Shown here: positions 38,832 through 49,342 of the stretch, piece by piece | Layout: each line of letters opens with the position of its first letter | How positions within the stretch are numbered: the first letter of the stretch is position 1 | Notes under the pieces: generated by a model | What the model was told of the DNA's origin: nothing | The model's input: the letters and a program-made list of their open reading frames with translations, nothing else | Database searches by the model: none | Made by a program: the position numbers and the translations under genes | NCBI GenBank assembly: GCA_049472315.1 | Contig: JBLIRN010000020.1 | Location: forward strand, 1 to 53,701 | Direction: 5' to 3' | Origin: a bacterium | GTDB taxonomy: Bacteria > SZUA-182 > DTGQ01 > JAFGSM01 | Length of the DNA: 53,701 bases

Positions 38832-39548
38832 TTAGCTCCATTTCCTGCTTTCCAGCGAACGTATGTTCAGAAATAGAAAGAAACCGATTACCGACAGGTA
38901 GTAGATGATGTCCCGAATATCGATGACCCCGCGGCCTATGCTTTCAAAATGACTCCCCAGCCCCAATTGTGATAACAGTGCGGCAAGCCGGGAGGGGACC
39001 GCCAGGAGGACGAAATTCTCACCGATGATAAAGAGGGCGAAGCAGAATGCGATTCCCAGAATGAACGCCACAATCTGATTTTCACTCAGGCTGGAGGCAA
39101 AAAGCCCGATGGCCAGATAGGCGCCCCCCATGAGCATGGCGCCCACATAGCCGCCGATGATGGGGCCGAGGTCAGGCTCCCCGAGGATCGCCAGGGTGAT
39201 GGGAAGGGTGATGCTCAACAGAATGGTCAATCCGAGAAAGAGGTATGCGGCAAGATACTTGCCGAGGATCACCTCGGAATCTTTCACCGGGAGCGTCATG
39301 AGCACCTCGAGGGTACCGAGCTTTTTCTCTTCGGCCCAGAGCCTCATGGTCACTGCAGGGACAAAGAAGAGGAAGAGCCAGGGGAGGAGGCTGAAGTATC
39401 CCCGCATCATCACCTGCCCGATCAGAAAGAATCCCTTGAAGAAGATCCACATGCTGATGACCAAAAAGGCGGTGATGAAGATGTAGGCAATGGGTGAATC
39501 GAAGTAGGCGCGAAACTCCTTTTTAAAAATGGCGATGATATTTCTCAT
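38832..39548 (-). CDS. GldF-like ABC-2 permease
   Basis: KEF.AYF.SPIAY, PA.TMRLWAEEKK.GTLE.L.TLP, GKYLA, F.SI.RGVID. Confidence 0.9.
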   Translation of the reverse strand: MRNIIAIFKKEFRAYFDSPIAYIFITAFLVISMWIFFKGFFLIGQVMMRGYFSLLPWLFLFFVPAVTMRLWAEEKKLGTLEVLMTLPVKDSEVILGKYLAAYLFLGLTILLSITLPITLAILGEPDLGPIIGGYVGAMLMGGAYLAIGLFASSLSENQIVAFILGIAFCFALFIIGENFVLLAVPSRLAALLSQLGLGSHFESIGRGVIDIRDIIYYLSVIGFFLFLNIRSLESRKWS

Positions 39549-40507
39549 ACGCTCTCTTCCTGACAGGTCAATTGTTTGAATACATCCTCAAGGGTTATGG
39601 ATTCCGCCCGCAGTTCCGACAGGGACCATCCGTTCTCCACGACACACCTGAAGAGGTCCTCCTTGATATCCTTTCCCTTCTCCGTCCTGACGACGATCGC
39701 ATGGAGTTCGTTGTCGCCAGGCTGTTCCGTCCCCTCCGGAGCGAGCGATTCAACCTCGACCACATGTTTCATGCCGCCGATGGTCTCGATGATTACCGGA
39801 AGGGGACCGCGGATGCTCATGAACACCGTTTCCTTTCCCTTGGCCTGATCAGCCAGTTCCCCCGGGGTGCCGCTTCCTACCAGCTTGCCCTTGTTGATGA
39901 TGATGATCCTTCCGCAGGTGGCCTGGACCTCGGAAAGGATGTGGGAGCAGAGTATGACCGTCTTTTCCTTTCCGATCTCCTTGATGAGCTCCCTGATCTC
40001 GATGATCTGGATCGGATCGAGCCCGGTTGTGGGTTCGTCCAGAATCAGGATCTCGGGATCGTGGATGAGGGTCTGGGCAAGCCCCACCCGCTGGCGGTAT
40101 CCCTTGGAGAGCTGGCCGATGTATTTATGTGACTCACGCTGGAGCCCGCATATCCGGATCATCTCCTTGATCTTGCCGTTTATCTTTTTTTGGGGGATGT
40201 TCCGAATGGTGGCGATAAAGGTTAGATAGTCGATCACCCCCATGTCGAGGTAGAGGGGTGCGCTTTCGGGAAGATACCCCACCCTTTTTCTCACCTCGAT
40301 GGAATCCTTGAATGTATCATATCCCGCAAGTTTGGCGGTTCCCGAGTCCGCCGGGATGTAGCAGGTGAGGATGCGCATGGTGGTTGTCTTCCCGGCCCCG
40401 TTCGGGCCCAGAAAGCCCAATATCTCGCCCTTTTGTACCTCAAAGGATACGCCGTTCACCGCCACATTCGGGCCGAAGCTTTTGTGTAGTTCCCGGACTT
40501 CTATCAT
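39545..40507 (-). CDS. GldA-like ABC ATP-binding protein
   Basis: Walker A GPNGAGKTT; signature LSKGYRQRVGLAQ; Walker B ILDEPT. Confidence 0.93.
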   Translation of the reverse strand: MIEVRELHKSFGPNVAVNGVSFEVQKGEILGFLGPNGAGKTTTMRILTCYIPADSGTAKLAGYDTFKDSIEVRKRVGYLPESAPLYLDMGVIDYLTFIATIRNIPQKKINGKIKEMIRICGLQRESHKYIGQLSKGYRQRVGLAQTLIHDPEILILDEPTTGLDPIQIIEIRELIKEIGKEKTVILCSHILSEVQATCGRIIIINKGKLVGSGTPGELADQAKGKETVFMSIRGPLPVIIETIGGMKHVVEVESLAPEGTEQPGDNELHAIVVRTEKGKDIKEDLFRCVVENGWSLSELRAESITLEDVFKQLTCQEESV

Positions 40508-40678
40508 GGCTTGTTCTTTCGCCCCTTTCAGGCGTTATGTGTCTCGCCCCGTCGCATTCGGTTCATCCCGGTTGTTTGCCCCGGTCTATCGTTCGGGGGA
40601 GACCGCACGTCATAGTGACTCTGCAAATAACGTTTTGTTTTTCGGTTTTATAAATCAACTGAAGGCCACAAGAAAAGA

Positions 40679-40706
40679 ATTATAGAAAAAATTTGTTTCT
40701 TGTCAA
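40679..40706 (-). promoter_or_regulatory. sigma-70 promoter of the ABC operon
   Basis: TTGACA-N16-TATAAT, both hexamers at consensus. Confidence 0.7.
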
Positions 40707-40908
40707 GGGGCACTTCAATATAATTTTTGCAGTGCATCGTCGGGGGCGGATGCACCCATCCCCGATCCCGCCCAGCAAGGTGCAAGATCAAGTATTGATC
40801 AATACATTGTGGTAAAGGGAAGGGGTGTGCACCCGTGTGCACGGGAGCCACGGCAAAAGGTCACCCCTTTCCCATACGTCGTTGAGAAAAAACACATGAG
40901 AATCTTAA

Positions 40909-40934
40909 GGGAGCACGGCCGATGCCGTGCCCCC
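40909..40934 (-). terminator. Hairpin downstream of degQ
   Basis: GCACGGC-CGAT-GCCGTGC stem with G/C extension; weak T tract. Confidence 0.45.
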
Positions 40935-40957
40935 TTACAGGCAATCTCAATATGGTA

Positions 40958-42427
40958 TCAGTTGCTGATGGCGACATAGAGGAGATTTTCACCGCGGCGT
41001 ATCAGGAACAGCACCGTACCCTTTGATGACGCCTTCAGGGCCTTGCGGAAGTCCTTGGCGCCGGCGATTTTTTTTCGGTTCACCTCGATGATGACGTCCC
41101 CCCGCTGTATCCCGGCCTTTTCGGCAGGGGAATCCGGGGTCACGTCGGTGACCAGAACCCCCTCGGTCCTCCCCAGATCGAATGCCTTGGCCAGTTCCTC
41201 GGTGATGTCCTGAACGGTCATGCCCATGGCCTTTTCTTCACGCTCCGCCACCGACACCCCGCCGTTCTCGCCGAACTCTCCCAGCTTCACTGAAATCTCC
41301 ATCTTCTCGCCGTCCCGGATAAGCTCTATGGCCACCTTCGTGCCCGGTCTGGTCAGCCCTGCATATCGGGAAAGATCGGTGTACTCCCGTATTTCCTTTC
41401 CCTTGAAGCTGATGATGACATCCCCCCGTTTCACCCCTGCCTTGTTGGCAGGACCGCCTTCCACCACCTCCGCAACCAGGGCGCCCTTGTTTTCCTTGAG
41501 GCCGAAGGATTCGGCAAGGCCGGGAGTGACCCTCTGGATCATCAGCCCGAGCCATCCCCGCTTGATCTTCCCTTCGGTCTTAAGGTCCTCCAGGACATCC
41601 TTCACCATGTTGATGGGGATGGCAAAACCGATTCCCTGCCCCTCGGCGACGATGGCGGTGTTGATTCCCACCACCTCTCCCTTGATATTGAACAGGGGGC
41701 CGCCGCTGTTGCCGGGATTGATGGATGCATCGGTTTGTATGAATGAATTGTAGGGTCCTTGGCCGATCGTGCGCCACTTGGCGCTGACGATCCCTGCGGT
41801 AACGGTATGCTCAAGGCCGAAGGGATTGCCGATGGCAACCACCCACTCCCCGATCTGCAGGGCGTCCGAATCCCCAAGTTGAGCGACGGGCAGGGTCCCC
41901 TTGGCATCGATCTTGAGGAGGGCTATGTCCATGTCGTCATCCTTGCCGATGACCTTTGCCTGGTATTCATTCCCGTTGTCCAGGGTGACCATGATATCCT
42001 CGGCATCCCGCACCACGTGATTGTTGGTGAGGATATACCCCTCCTTATCAATGACGAAGCCTGAACCGAGGCTCTTCTGCTTGAGGTCTCCCTTCGGCAT
42101 CCCGAAGAACTTGTCGAAGAAGTCGTCGCCGAAGAAATCCCTGAACGGATCCCTGAATGGGGAGTGGAAGTTCTGGAATCCCTTGACCACCTGCGTGGAA
42201 CTGATATACACCACGGCCGGGTTGAGGCGTTTGGCGATTTCCACGAAGGTATAGGGGGAGATGATTTGATCATTGGAAAGAGCCTCTGAGGGGCCCTCTT
42301 CCGGTGCGAGATTGACGGCCATGCTCTGCGGGGTTACATTGATCCGCGCAGCAACGATGAGGCCGCCAATGAAACAACCAAGACAAAGGATAATGAGTAT
42401 CGGTATCCATCGCCTTTTTATTGACAT
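40958..42427 (-). CDS. degQ: DegQ/DegP (HtrA) serine endoprotease with two PDZ domains
   Basis: LGSGF, LTNNHVV, DIALLK, IQTDASINPGNSGGPL; two PDZ domains. Confidence 0.95.
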   Translation of the reverse strand: MSIKRRWIPILIILCLGCFIGGLIVAARINVTPQSMAVNLAPEEGPSEALSNDQIISPYTFVEIAKRLNPAVVYISSTQVVKGFQNFHSPFRDPFRDFFGDDFFDKFFGMPKGDLKQKSLGSGFVIDKEGYILTNNHVVRDAEDIMVTLDNGNEYQAKVIGKDDDMDIALLKIDAKGTLPVAQLGDSDALQIGEWVVAIGNPFGLEHTVTAGIVSAKWRTIGQGPYNSFIQTDASINPGNSGGPLFNIKGEVVGINTAIVAEGQGIGFAIPINMVKDVLEDLKTEGKIKRGWLGLMIQRVTPGLAESFGLKENKGALVAEVVEGGPANKAGVKRGDVIISFKGKEIREYTDLSRYAGLTRPGTKVAIELIRDGEKMEISVKLGEFGENGGVSVAEREEKAMGMTVQDITEELAKAFDLGRTEGVLVTDVTPDSPAEKAGIQRGDVIIEVNRKKIAGAKDFRKALKASSKGTVLFLIRRGENLLYVAISN

Positions 42428-42659
42428 TCTGTCCTCCTTCTATCAAGTACTGTGTTCGGGCACAGCGTGCCCCGAAATCTGATTGCATTACACTATCGTT
42501 TAAACAAAGGATTGTATCAGCAAAGGGATAGGTTGACAAATCTTTCTACGAGATTATGATTTTTCGAGGATAATACATAGGTATAGTATATCATGTGGAG
42601 GGAAAATACAACCTCTTAGATGTGCCTCTCTAACACTTCGGAGAAGATGGCCGGCGCAG

Positions 42660-43595
42660 TCAAGAGTTTTTCACAAAATCGAGGAGCGGATGGACGCTGT
42701 TCGGCTTCTTGAGCCGTTGAAGGGCGTTTTCCTCTATCTGGCGAATCCGTTCACGCGTCAGTTGAAAATACCTGCCTATCTCTTCCAGGGTCTTTTCCTT
42801 GTTTGAACCGATGCCGAAGCGCATCTCCAGTATCTTTTTTTCCCTTTCAGAGAGGGTGTCCAGGATATGCTGGATCTCTTCGGCCAGGTTCTGCCTGATG
42901 ACCCATTCGATGGGCGATGCACCCTTTTTGTCTTCGATATAGTCCGAGAGGCATGAATTGCCGAATTCATCGATGGGGGTTTCCACGGATATGGGGATCT
43001 TGATGATACCCAAGAGCTCCTGCACCTTGGCGATACCTACCCCCATTTCATCGGCGATGTCCTGCAGGGAGGGTTCCTTTTGTTTGTCCTGCATGAGGCG
43101 CTGATGGGCCTTGAGCATGGATTTTATTGCATCAAGGGTATGAACGGGTATGCGTATGATGCGGGCCTTATCAGCAAGGGCGCGGGTTATGGCCTGCCTG
43201 ATCCACCAGATGGCGTAGGTGCTGAATTTGCAGCCGCGGTGGTAGTCAAACTTTTCAACCGCCTTGATGAGTCCGATATTGCCCTCTTGCACCAGATCCA
43301 TAAAGGGAAGGCCATTGTTTGCATACTTCTTGGCAATGCTGACCACGAGTCGGAGGTTTGCCTCGATCAACTCGGACTTGGCCCTTTCATCCCCTTCGGC
43401 GATCCTTTTTCCCAGATCCTTTTCCTGGTCCCTGGTGAGCAGTGATACCTTTCCGATTTCCTTCAGGTATAACTTTATCTGGTGATCGCTTTCCTGGTTT
43501 GCAAGTTCCTCGTGCTCATACTCGATGTGCTCGAGTAATTTTTCTTCATACTCCTCGCTGTTTTCTTCGATATCATCTTCATTGAGTGCGTACAT
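42660..43595 (-). CDS. sigma-70 family factor, RpoD/RpoS-like, with short acidic N-terminus
   Basis: YLKEIG...[51 protein letters not shown]. Confidence 0.92.
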   Translation of the reverse strand: MYALNEDDIEENSEEYEEKLLEHIEYEHEELANQESDHQIKLYLKEIGKVSLLTRDQEKDLGKRIAEGDERAKSELIEANLRLVVSIAKKYANNGLPFMDLVQEGNIGLIKAVEKFDYHRGCKFSTYAIWWIRQAITRALADKARIIRIPVHTLDAIKSMLKAHQRLMQDKQKEPSLQDIADEMGVGIAKVQELLGIIKIPISVETPIDEFGNSCLSDYIEDKKGASPIEWVIRQNLAEEIQHILDTLSEREKKILEMRFGIGSNKEKTLEEIGRYFQLTRERIRQIEENALQRLKKPNSVHPLLDFVKNS

Positions 43596-43600
43596 ACCCT

Positions 43601-44209
43601 TCAGACGACCTCCTCCTTGAACCCCATCCCTTTAACCTTAGTTTGTTGGTACGTATACCATATTCTTTGCAGAACGGTAACGTGGGTCAAACCGGCGAGT
43701 AACCACAAAGCGGTGGCAACTTGGAGCGTCAAGGCACCCAAGGCAAGCAGGATGACCCGTTCCGGGCGCTCCATAATTCCCACATCGCACCGGGAGATTA
43801 TGGATTCCGCTCTCGCCTTTGTGTAACTCACCATCACAAAGCCAATCATCGTGACCAGGGTGAGAACCAGATAACCCACTGCGGATCTTCGCGCAAACAT
43901 CACCCCGAGGCCGCTCAAAATGAGCATGTCAGCATATCGATCAGAGGTGGAATCGATGAATGCTCCGAATGATGAGGCCCGGCCCAATACTCGTGCGTAG
44001 GTGCCGTCCAATATGTCAAATAGCCCGGCAATAATGATAAATACCCCGCCGATCCGTATACGATCAAATGCAAAAAAAATGCCTGTCACAAGACTAAACA
44101 ATAATCCGGTGAGGGTGAGAATGGTGGGAACCAGCCTGTGATCAGGAAGTAGCTTAACGATACCGCTCAGAAGCGGGTCCAATCTCCCTTTACAATATTT
44201 ACTCAACAT
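43601..44209 (-). CDS. CDP-alcohol phosphatidyltransferase
   Basis: D..DG..AR........GAF.DS..DR..D motif; VSY.KARAE, G..ERPER. Confidence 0.92.
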   Translation of the reverse strand: MLSKYCKGRLDPLLSGIVKLLPDHRLVPTILTLTGLLFSLVTGIFFAFDRIRIGGVFIIIAGLFDILDGTYARVLGRASSFGAFIDSTSDRYADMLILSGLGVMFARRSAVGYLVLTLVTMIGFVMVSYTKARAESIISRCDVGIMERPERVILLALGALTLQVATALWLLAGLTHVTVLQRIWYTYQQTKVKGMGFKEEVV

Positions 44210-44412
44210 AAAAAAACCTTCTTTTTTTTATTGTTGGTTCTTTCTGTAATCGGGCATGTATGGGCCGATTTTTGCCGAATTTATGCAAATCATTTCATAT
44301 ACAGGAAATGGAATTCCGACAAGGAAGATGAAAAATGCAACATTATCAGGAGGTTATGCCGTAACAGATCCGCCCGGGCACCCCGGAAGCACCATGGTGT
44401 CCCTTTTCCCTC

Positions 44413-44844
44413 TTACGGCCTTTTCTGTGACACTGCAATATATCTCATTCTTAAAGAATAGAGCATCTCATCGAGGAGCTTATCCTCATCTTCGGTTCGG
44501 TTGCCCTCGGTCTTTTCCTTGAGCATGGCAATAAGATCGATGGTCTGCTTTGCCAATGGAAGGTTGGGCTCGTTCTGGTTGGTGGTCGGATCCGGAATCT
44601 CGCCAAGGTGAATATACACGGAGGTGCAAAGGGACATGATAAAGGAGGGAAAATCAACCTCGGGCAGGGGGGCCTGTTCTTTTTCCTCTTCCCTCCTGGT
44701 CCCTGTGTTTTTGTGTGATGGCTTCTCCTTTTCCGAGGAGGTGTCACTGTCCTGTGTGCGTTCCTCCGCGGATTTTTGTGCCCCAATCCTTCGATCGACA
44801 ATGGTGAAACCGGGTCCTTGAATAACGTCGTCCTTTTCGCTCAT
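44413..44844 (-). CDS. DUF1844-type protein
   Basis: F..FI.SL......LG...P........L..AKQTID...L.EKT.GN. Confidence 0.8.
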   Translation of the reverse strand: MSEKDDVIQGPGFTIVDRRIGAQKSAEERTQDSDTSSEKEKPSHKNTGTRREEEKEQAPLPEVDFPSFIMSLCTSVYIHLGEIPDPTTNQNEPNLPLAKQTIDLIAMLKEKTEGNRTEDEDKLLDEMLYSLRMRYIAVSQKRP

Positions 44845-45045
44845 CCCTGATCCCTTATTGATAATTAATCATATCGTGTCGCAACACGTGCATTCTACAA
44901 ATGCTCACGAATCGCGTAGGAAGGCGCATCCCCCTTCCCACACTATAATGAGTGACTACACTCTAATTATAACGAGGTTTTGCCGTTTTTCAAGAATGAA
45001 AAAAACACGGGATTTTTTACAGCCTTGACCCCTTGCACGGTCTCA

Positions 45046-46050
45046 TCAGGAGAACAGGGAATCGATATGGTCTTCGATATCCCACAGCACAAGCCTTTTT
45101 TTTGCCAGGCGGCGTTTGTACAGGTAGATCCCGAGGGTCAGAAGGCTTACCAGAAACCACAGGGCAATCCCGCTGGTCAGGAAGGGGATCCAGTTGTAGC
45201 GCCGCCGCAGATATACATGCCAGTTTTTTTCGAATCCTCCAAGGGTGATCCCAAACACGCTGTAGAAGGCCTGCGCCGGGGTTTGCCCCTGGAGCAGATG
45301 CGCGATCAATCGATGCAGATACTCGGTGCCGTAGGTATTGATGATGTATGCAATGAGGCTTATGCTCTGTGCATACGCCCGTTCGGCAAGCCTTTTTTCC
45401 GCAGGGAATCCCTTGGCAAGAGAGGCAAGGGGCAGAAAGGAACGGGTCAGGGCGGTTTCCGCCATAATCATTCGGTGGCCCCAATCCCATTGGCGTGCCT
45501 CGTACTGCGCAAGCCCTTCATGGAGCCATACCGGCAGATGTACCCCCTTCCCCTGGGTTAACCCGAAGAGGATGAAATGGGTGAGTTCGTGGGCCATGGT
45601 CTGTCGAAGGTCGGCGTTGACGGCCTTCTGCACCTTGGGAGAGAGCAGGAGTATCAGATTGCGCCGGGGATAGAACACCCCCACCGACCAGTCCTCGGTC
45701 TCGTCGCCCGGAGGCTGGAGCCGCTTGAATGAGGTGCGGTCCGGGGCGAGGTAGACCTCCGCCCTCAATCCCGGGTCCATGCCGATATCCGCTACGATGC
45801 GGGTGTAGTCCTCTTCGGCGTCTTCAATGAGATACCCGGCAAGCAGGTGGTCCTCTTTTCGATAGTAAAAGATGAAATGGGCGGTCTCCCCCTTTTCCCA
45901 CTGCAGGATCGGTTCATTTGGGGATGCTGATGGCGGCGCAAACAGCAATTGCCCGAGAAGAAGGGGAACAAGGATGGCCGATACAAGGATGCCCTTTACC
46001 GCGCAATGGTTCACCGGGGCCTCCCCGAGCACTCGGCAATGCCGGTACAT
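45046..46050 (-). CDS. Peptidase MA-like zinc metalloprotease with C-terminal TM
   Basis: HELTH (HExxH), P.WL.EGLA, AY.QS; signal-like N-terminus; TM plus basic tail; start uncertain. Confidence 0.82.
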   Translation of the reverse strand: MYRHCRVLGEAPVNHCAVKGILVSAILVPLLLGQLLFAPPSASPNEPILQWEKGETAHFIFYYRKEDHLLAGYLIEDAEEDYTRIVADIGMDPGLRAEVYLAPDRTSFKRLQPPGDETEDWSVGVFYPRRNLILLLSPKVQKAVNADLRQTMAHELTHFILFGLTQGKGVHLPVWLHEGLAQYEARQWDWGHRMIMAETALTRSFLPLASLAKGFPAEKRLAERAYAQSISLIAYIINTYGTEYLHRLIAHLLQGQTPAQAFYSVFGITLGGFEKNWHVYLRRRYNWIPFLTSGIALWFLVSLLTLGIYLYKRRLAKKRLVLWDIEDHIDSLFS

Positions 46051-46380
46051 GGCCTGATCTCCGTTGCTGCAAGCCGTGGCTGACAGGATGCCTCTTCTCC
46101 TGATGTTTTTGTGCGGTTTCTCATCCTGCGGTTTTCCATCCTATACCTCGTGCAGATGGTGTAGTATCATGCATTCAATTGTATAATGAAATGGCGGCCC
46201 GGTAAACCCATCCCTGCCGTATGCTGAGAATGTGCCGGGCATTATCCGCTTCGCTGTGCCTGGCAAGCTTGGTTGCAGGATATTAAGCAATTGCAGCCAC
46301 TTCATAGGGAGAGGGGCCGGGCGGAGACGGCCCGAATAGGCTATAATTATTGAACATCATACAAAAAGGGGAGGAAACAT

Positions 46381-46899
46381 ATGCACAAGGTGGCAATACT
46401 GGTTGAGGACGCCTACCAGGTCTTGGAGGTATGGTATCCCTATCTTCGCCTGCGGGAAGAGGGAATAGAGACGGTTCTGGTGGGTCCCGGAACAAAGAGG
46501 GAATACGCGAGCAAGGAGGGGTATCCCGCGCCCGAGGAATTGCCAATCAAGAAGGCACGGCCCAAGGACTTTTCCGGTGTGGTCATCCCCGGGGGCTATG
46601 CCCCTGATATCCTGAGGCGATACGAGGAGGTAAACCGGTTTGTCAGGGAGATATTCAGTGCCGGAAAACTCACCGCTGCCATATGCCATGGGGGATGGGT
46701 GCTTGTTTCGGCGGGGATCCTGAAGGGAAAAACCGCAACGGGCTTTTTCGCCATCAAGGATGACATGGTGAATGCCGGGGTGCATTTTCTGGACAGGGAG
46801 GTGGTGGTGGACGGAAACCTGGTGACCTCCCGTAATCCTTATGATCTTCCCGCGTTTTGCAGGGAGATCATTAAATTCCTGAAGGCCGGGACCGCATAA
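46381..46899 (+). CDS. pfpI: PfpI/DJ-1 family protein (type 1 glutamine amidotransferase-like)
   Basis: E..YP..RL.E, IPGGYAPD.LR, AAICHG, VVVDGNLVTSR.P.DL; RBS GGAGG. Confidence 0.92.
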   Translation: MHKVAILVEDAYQVLEVWYPYLRLREEGIETVLVGPGTKREYASKEGYPAPEELPIKKARPKDFSGVVIPGGYAPDILRRYEEVNRFVREIFSAGKLTAAICHGGWVLVSAGILKGKTATGFFAIKDDMVNAGVHFLDREVVVDGNLVTSRNPYDLPAFCREIIKFLKAGTA

Positions 46900-47080
46900 C
46901 CAGTCCTGCGCCACCGCTACCCTGAGATGTGCGAACCATTACGGGTGAGGGTGTTGCGGACATGTCCTGCCTCCTATTCATTATATGCCATTCTTTGCTT
47001 GAGGGAATCGAGGGGGAGGCGTGATGCGCCTCCCCCTCTGGGCGGGATTAGTAGCGGCCTTTGCCGCGTCAATCATCTCA

Positions 47081-49342
47081 TCAGTATGCACTATAGGTGC
47101 TCAGTGTTTCCAGGATGGTTACCTCCTGTTCCAACGTATCGTCACCGATGGCAGCCATTTCGCTCTCAAAATACTCCTTGAATTCGACGAACAACTGCCT
47201 GTATTCCTCGGAGACTTGGAGTGCCACGGACTGGCGCTCCCATTGCCCCAATTCAACCTGATAGAGAATGGGGCAGGTGGGCGGCCACCAGGGGCATTTT
47301 GGATAGAGACAGGGGATCCTGACATAGGGGATCCCGTAGTCATACACGATGGTGTGTCCTGCAGGCTCGTTCTCGTTGAGACTTTTGCGTTCATCCATGA
47401 TCCAGTTCTTCATCAGGCTCGCATAACGGGAGAGCAGGACCGCCTTTCGTATCCCGGTGTTGGGGAAATCGTCCGGTTCCTGATAATCAAAACCGATGTC
47501 CTGCCAATTCTCATGAAAATTCCCTTCCCGGTCTTCATAGGATACGGTGAGTCGGATTGACGCGTCATCCGAGAGCCTCGTGAGTTGCAGGAGGATAATG
47601 CCCCCCTTGATCCCTTCTCCTGTCCTATCGGAGGGAAAGAGGGTGTTCACCTTCATGATCTCGCCGGTGGCCTCATCCGCCTCCGGAGAACCATAGACCT
47701 TCTGAATCTCGAATCCCTGCGCCTCCATCGTCAAGGTCAGGTCAAATACCAGAGGGGTGACCATGTATTCAAATCCCTCATCCATCCGATCGATGAATTG
47801 GGCGGATGAGTGGACGGAATAATAGTTTGCCCCTTGTATCTTGGTGATGAATTCCACCAGTTCGGTGTTGAAATCAACACCGATTCCGATAAAGGTGCTG
47901 AAAATCTTTGTGCTCGCGTTTTCCCTGGTCATTCCCAGAAGCCCCGTATCACTGGTCACACCGGTATTCGGCATGGCATCCGTCAGGAATATGATCCTGT
48001 TTTCATACACCGAGTGGTCTATGGAGAGGAATTCGTCGAATAACTCCGTCCCCTCTCTCATGCCTGCCTCCATGTTGGTGCCACCGGTCTCGCGGAGCGT
48101 GAGGATATGGTCCTTTATCGCCTCCATGTCCGTTTCCCCGACCAGTCTCAACGGCTTGGCCAAATGGGCGGTGCTCTCAAAAAGGACCATACCGAAGCGG
48201 TCATCATCCCGGAGGTGATCGAGAAGGGCCACGATCGCCTCCGTGGCGATGGTGAGCTTCTTCTTTCCGCTATCCTCTGCTTCGATAGACTGTCTATTGC
48301 CGAAACGGTCATAGTAATACCGGTTGAATGCAGAGCCCATGGACCCTGAAATGTCGAGCACGATGACCAGGTTCAGCTTCTTTCTCCGGAAATCCTCCTT
48401 CGTGATTCCGGAGTTCAATCCCACGGACAGGAAATATTCGTCCTCTGCGGAAAACGGCTCCTTTGTCACCACGCTGGTATACAGGGGACAGAATAATTCC
48501 GAGCATTCCTCCGGTTCCCCGGTATTGAAATAATAGTCATAGAATAATCCCTCATAGGTTATGTCCGTTGGAATGGGCAGGTAGTCGTTTTCGATGTTCT
48601 GGCGGAAGTTGTTGACATCCTTTGCGCCTCCGGTGGAATATCCGATATTGGAGGAGGCAGTGGCACTATAACTGCTGGCCCCCGCTGTGTTGTAGCTGGA
48701 ATAAGAATAAAGAGGGGCGGCGGCAGCCATGGTATAGCCGGCATACGTCCCGCCATAGCCACCACCATAGGTGTATGCCCCATACAATCCGCCTGCCGGG
48801 TAATAAACACCCCCCGAAGAGCTGCTGGAGCTGGACCCTGGTTTATATTTCCAGTCATCGGTCCTTTTTTTTGAGGACTGCGATGATGCCTGGCTGGGCG
48901 AAAGTGCATACAAAGAATTCACTGGGGTGCTATGCGAAAGATCGGACCAGGTAAATGGCTTGGCTGAGGAACCCTGCGTACCATAGGTAAAGACTGAAGG
49001 GTTATTCATCGTCCATGCGTAATTCATTATAGCGGACAAGGCCATTGGGTGATTGGATTGGTTCTGTCTATAAAATAATAGATTGATGGGGGATGCCAGC
49101 CCCGCCGAGGTATTGAATTGATAACTTAATGGGTAGGCCCTAGTATTTGAGGTGTAAAGCGGAAGGGAACCAATTGCATAATTGAGCGGATTGGGTGAAC
49201 GGGCGGAAAGGGTAGAGGTGAAAAAGGGGTACAGCGATGCCATATAAGGACTGTCTGCGCACAGGCCATTATGGGATAGGGATACGAGCCCTATACAGAT
49301 CGTTACGATTACAATGACATTAAGGATATTTCTTTTAAACAT
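47081..49342 (-). CDS. Exported vWA-domain protein with Ser/Tyr/Gly-rich low-complexity N-region
   Basis: MIDAS LDISGSM, GGTNM, FLTDA.PN; signal peptide; ~200-aa low-complexity region before GGAKDVNNFR. Confidence 0.88.
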   Translation of the reverse strand: MFKRNILNVIVIVTICIGLVSLSHNGLCADSPYMASLYPFFTSTLSARSPNPLNYAIGSLPLYTSNTRAYPLSYQFNTSAGLASPINLLFYRQNQSNHPMALSAIMNYAWTMNNPSVFTYGTQGSSAKPFTWSDLSHSTPVNSLYALSPSQASSQSSKKRTDDWKYKPGSSSSSSSGGVYYPAGGLYGAYTYGGGYGGTYAGYTMAAAAPLYSYSSYNTAGASSYSATASSNIGYSTGGAKDVNNFRQNIENDYLPIPTDITYEGLFYDYYFNTGEPEECSELFCPLYTSVVTKEPFSAEDEYFLSVGLNSGITKEDFRRKKLNLVIVLDISGSMGSAFNRYYYDRFGNRQSIEAEDSGKKKLTIATEAIVALLDHLRDDDRFGMVLFESTAHLAKPLRLVGETDMEAIKDHILTLRETGGTNMEAGMREGTELFDEFLSIDHSVYENRIIFLTDAMPNTGVTSDTGLLGMTRENASTKIFSTFIGIGVDFNTELVEFITKIQGANYYSVHSSAQFIDRMDEGFEYMVTPLVFDLTLTMEAQGFEIQKVYGSPEADEATGEIMKVNTLFPSDRTGEGIKGGIILLQLTRLSDDASIRLTVSYEDREGNFHENWQDIGFDYQEPDDFPNTGIRKAVLLSRYASLMKNWIMDERKSLNENEPAGHTIVYDYGIPYVRIPCLYPKCPWWPPTCPILYQVELGQWERQSVALQVSEEYRQLFVEFKEYFESEMAAIGDDTLEQEVTILETLSTYSAY

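Noticed and set aside
46261..46277. sigma-54 box before pfpI (TGGCAAGCTTGGTTGCA)
   Set aside because: GG/GC spacing is 13 rather than 12.
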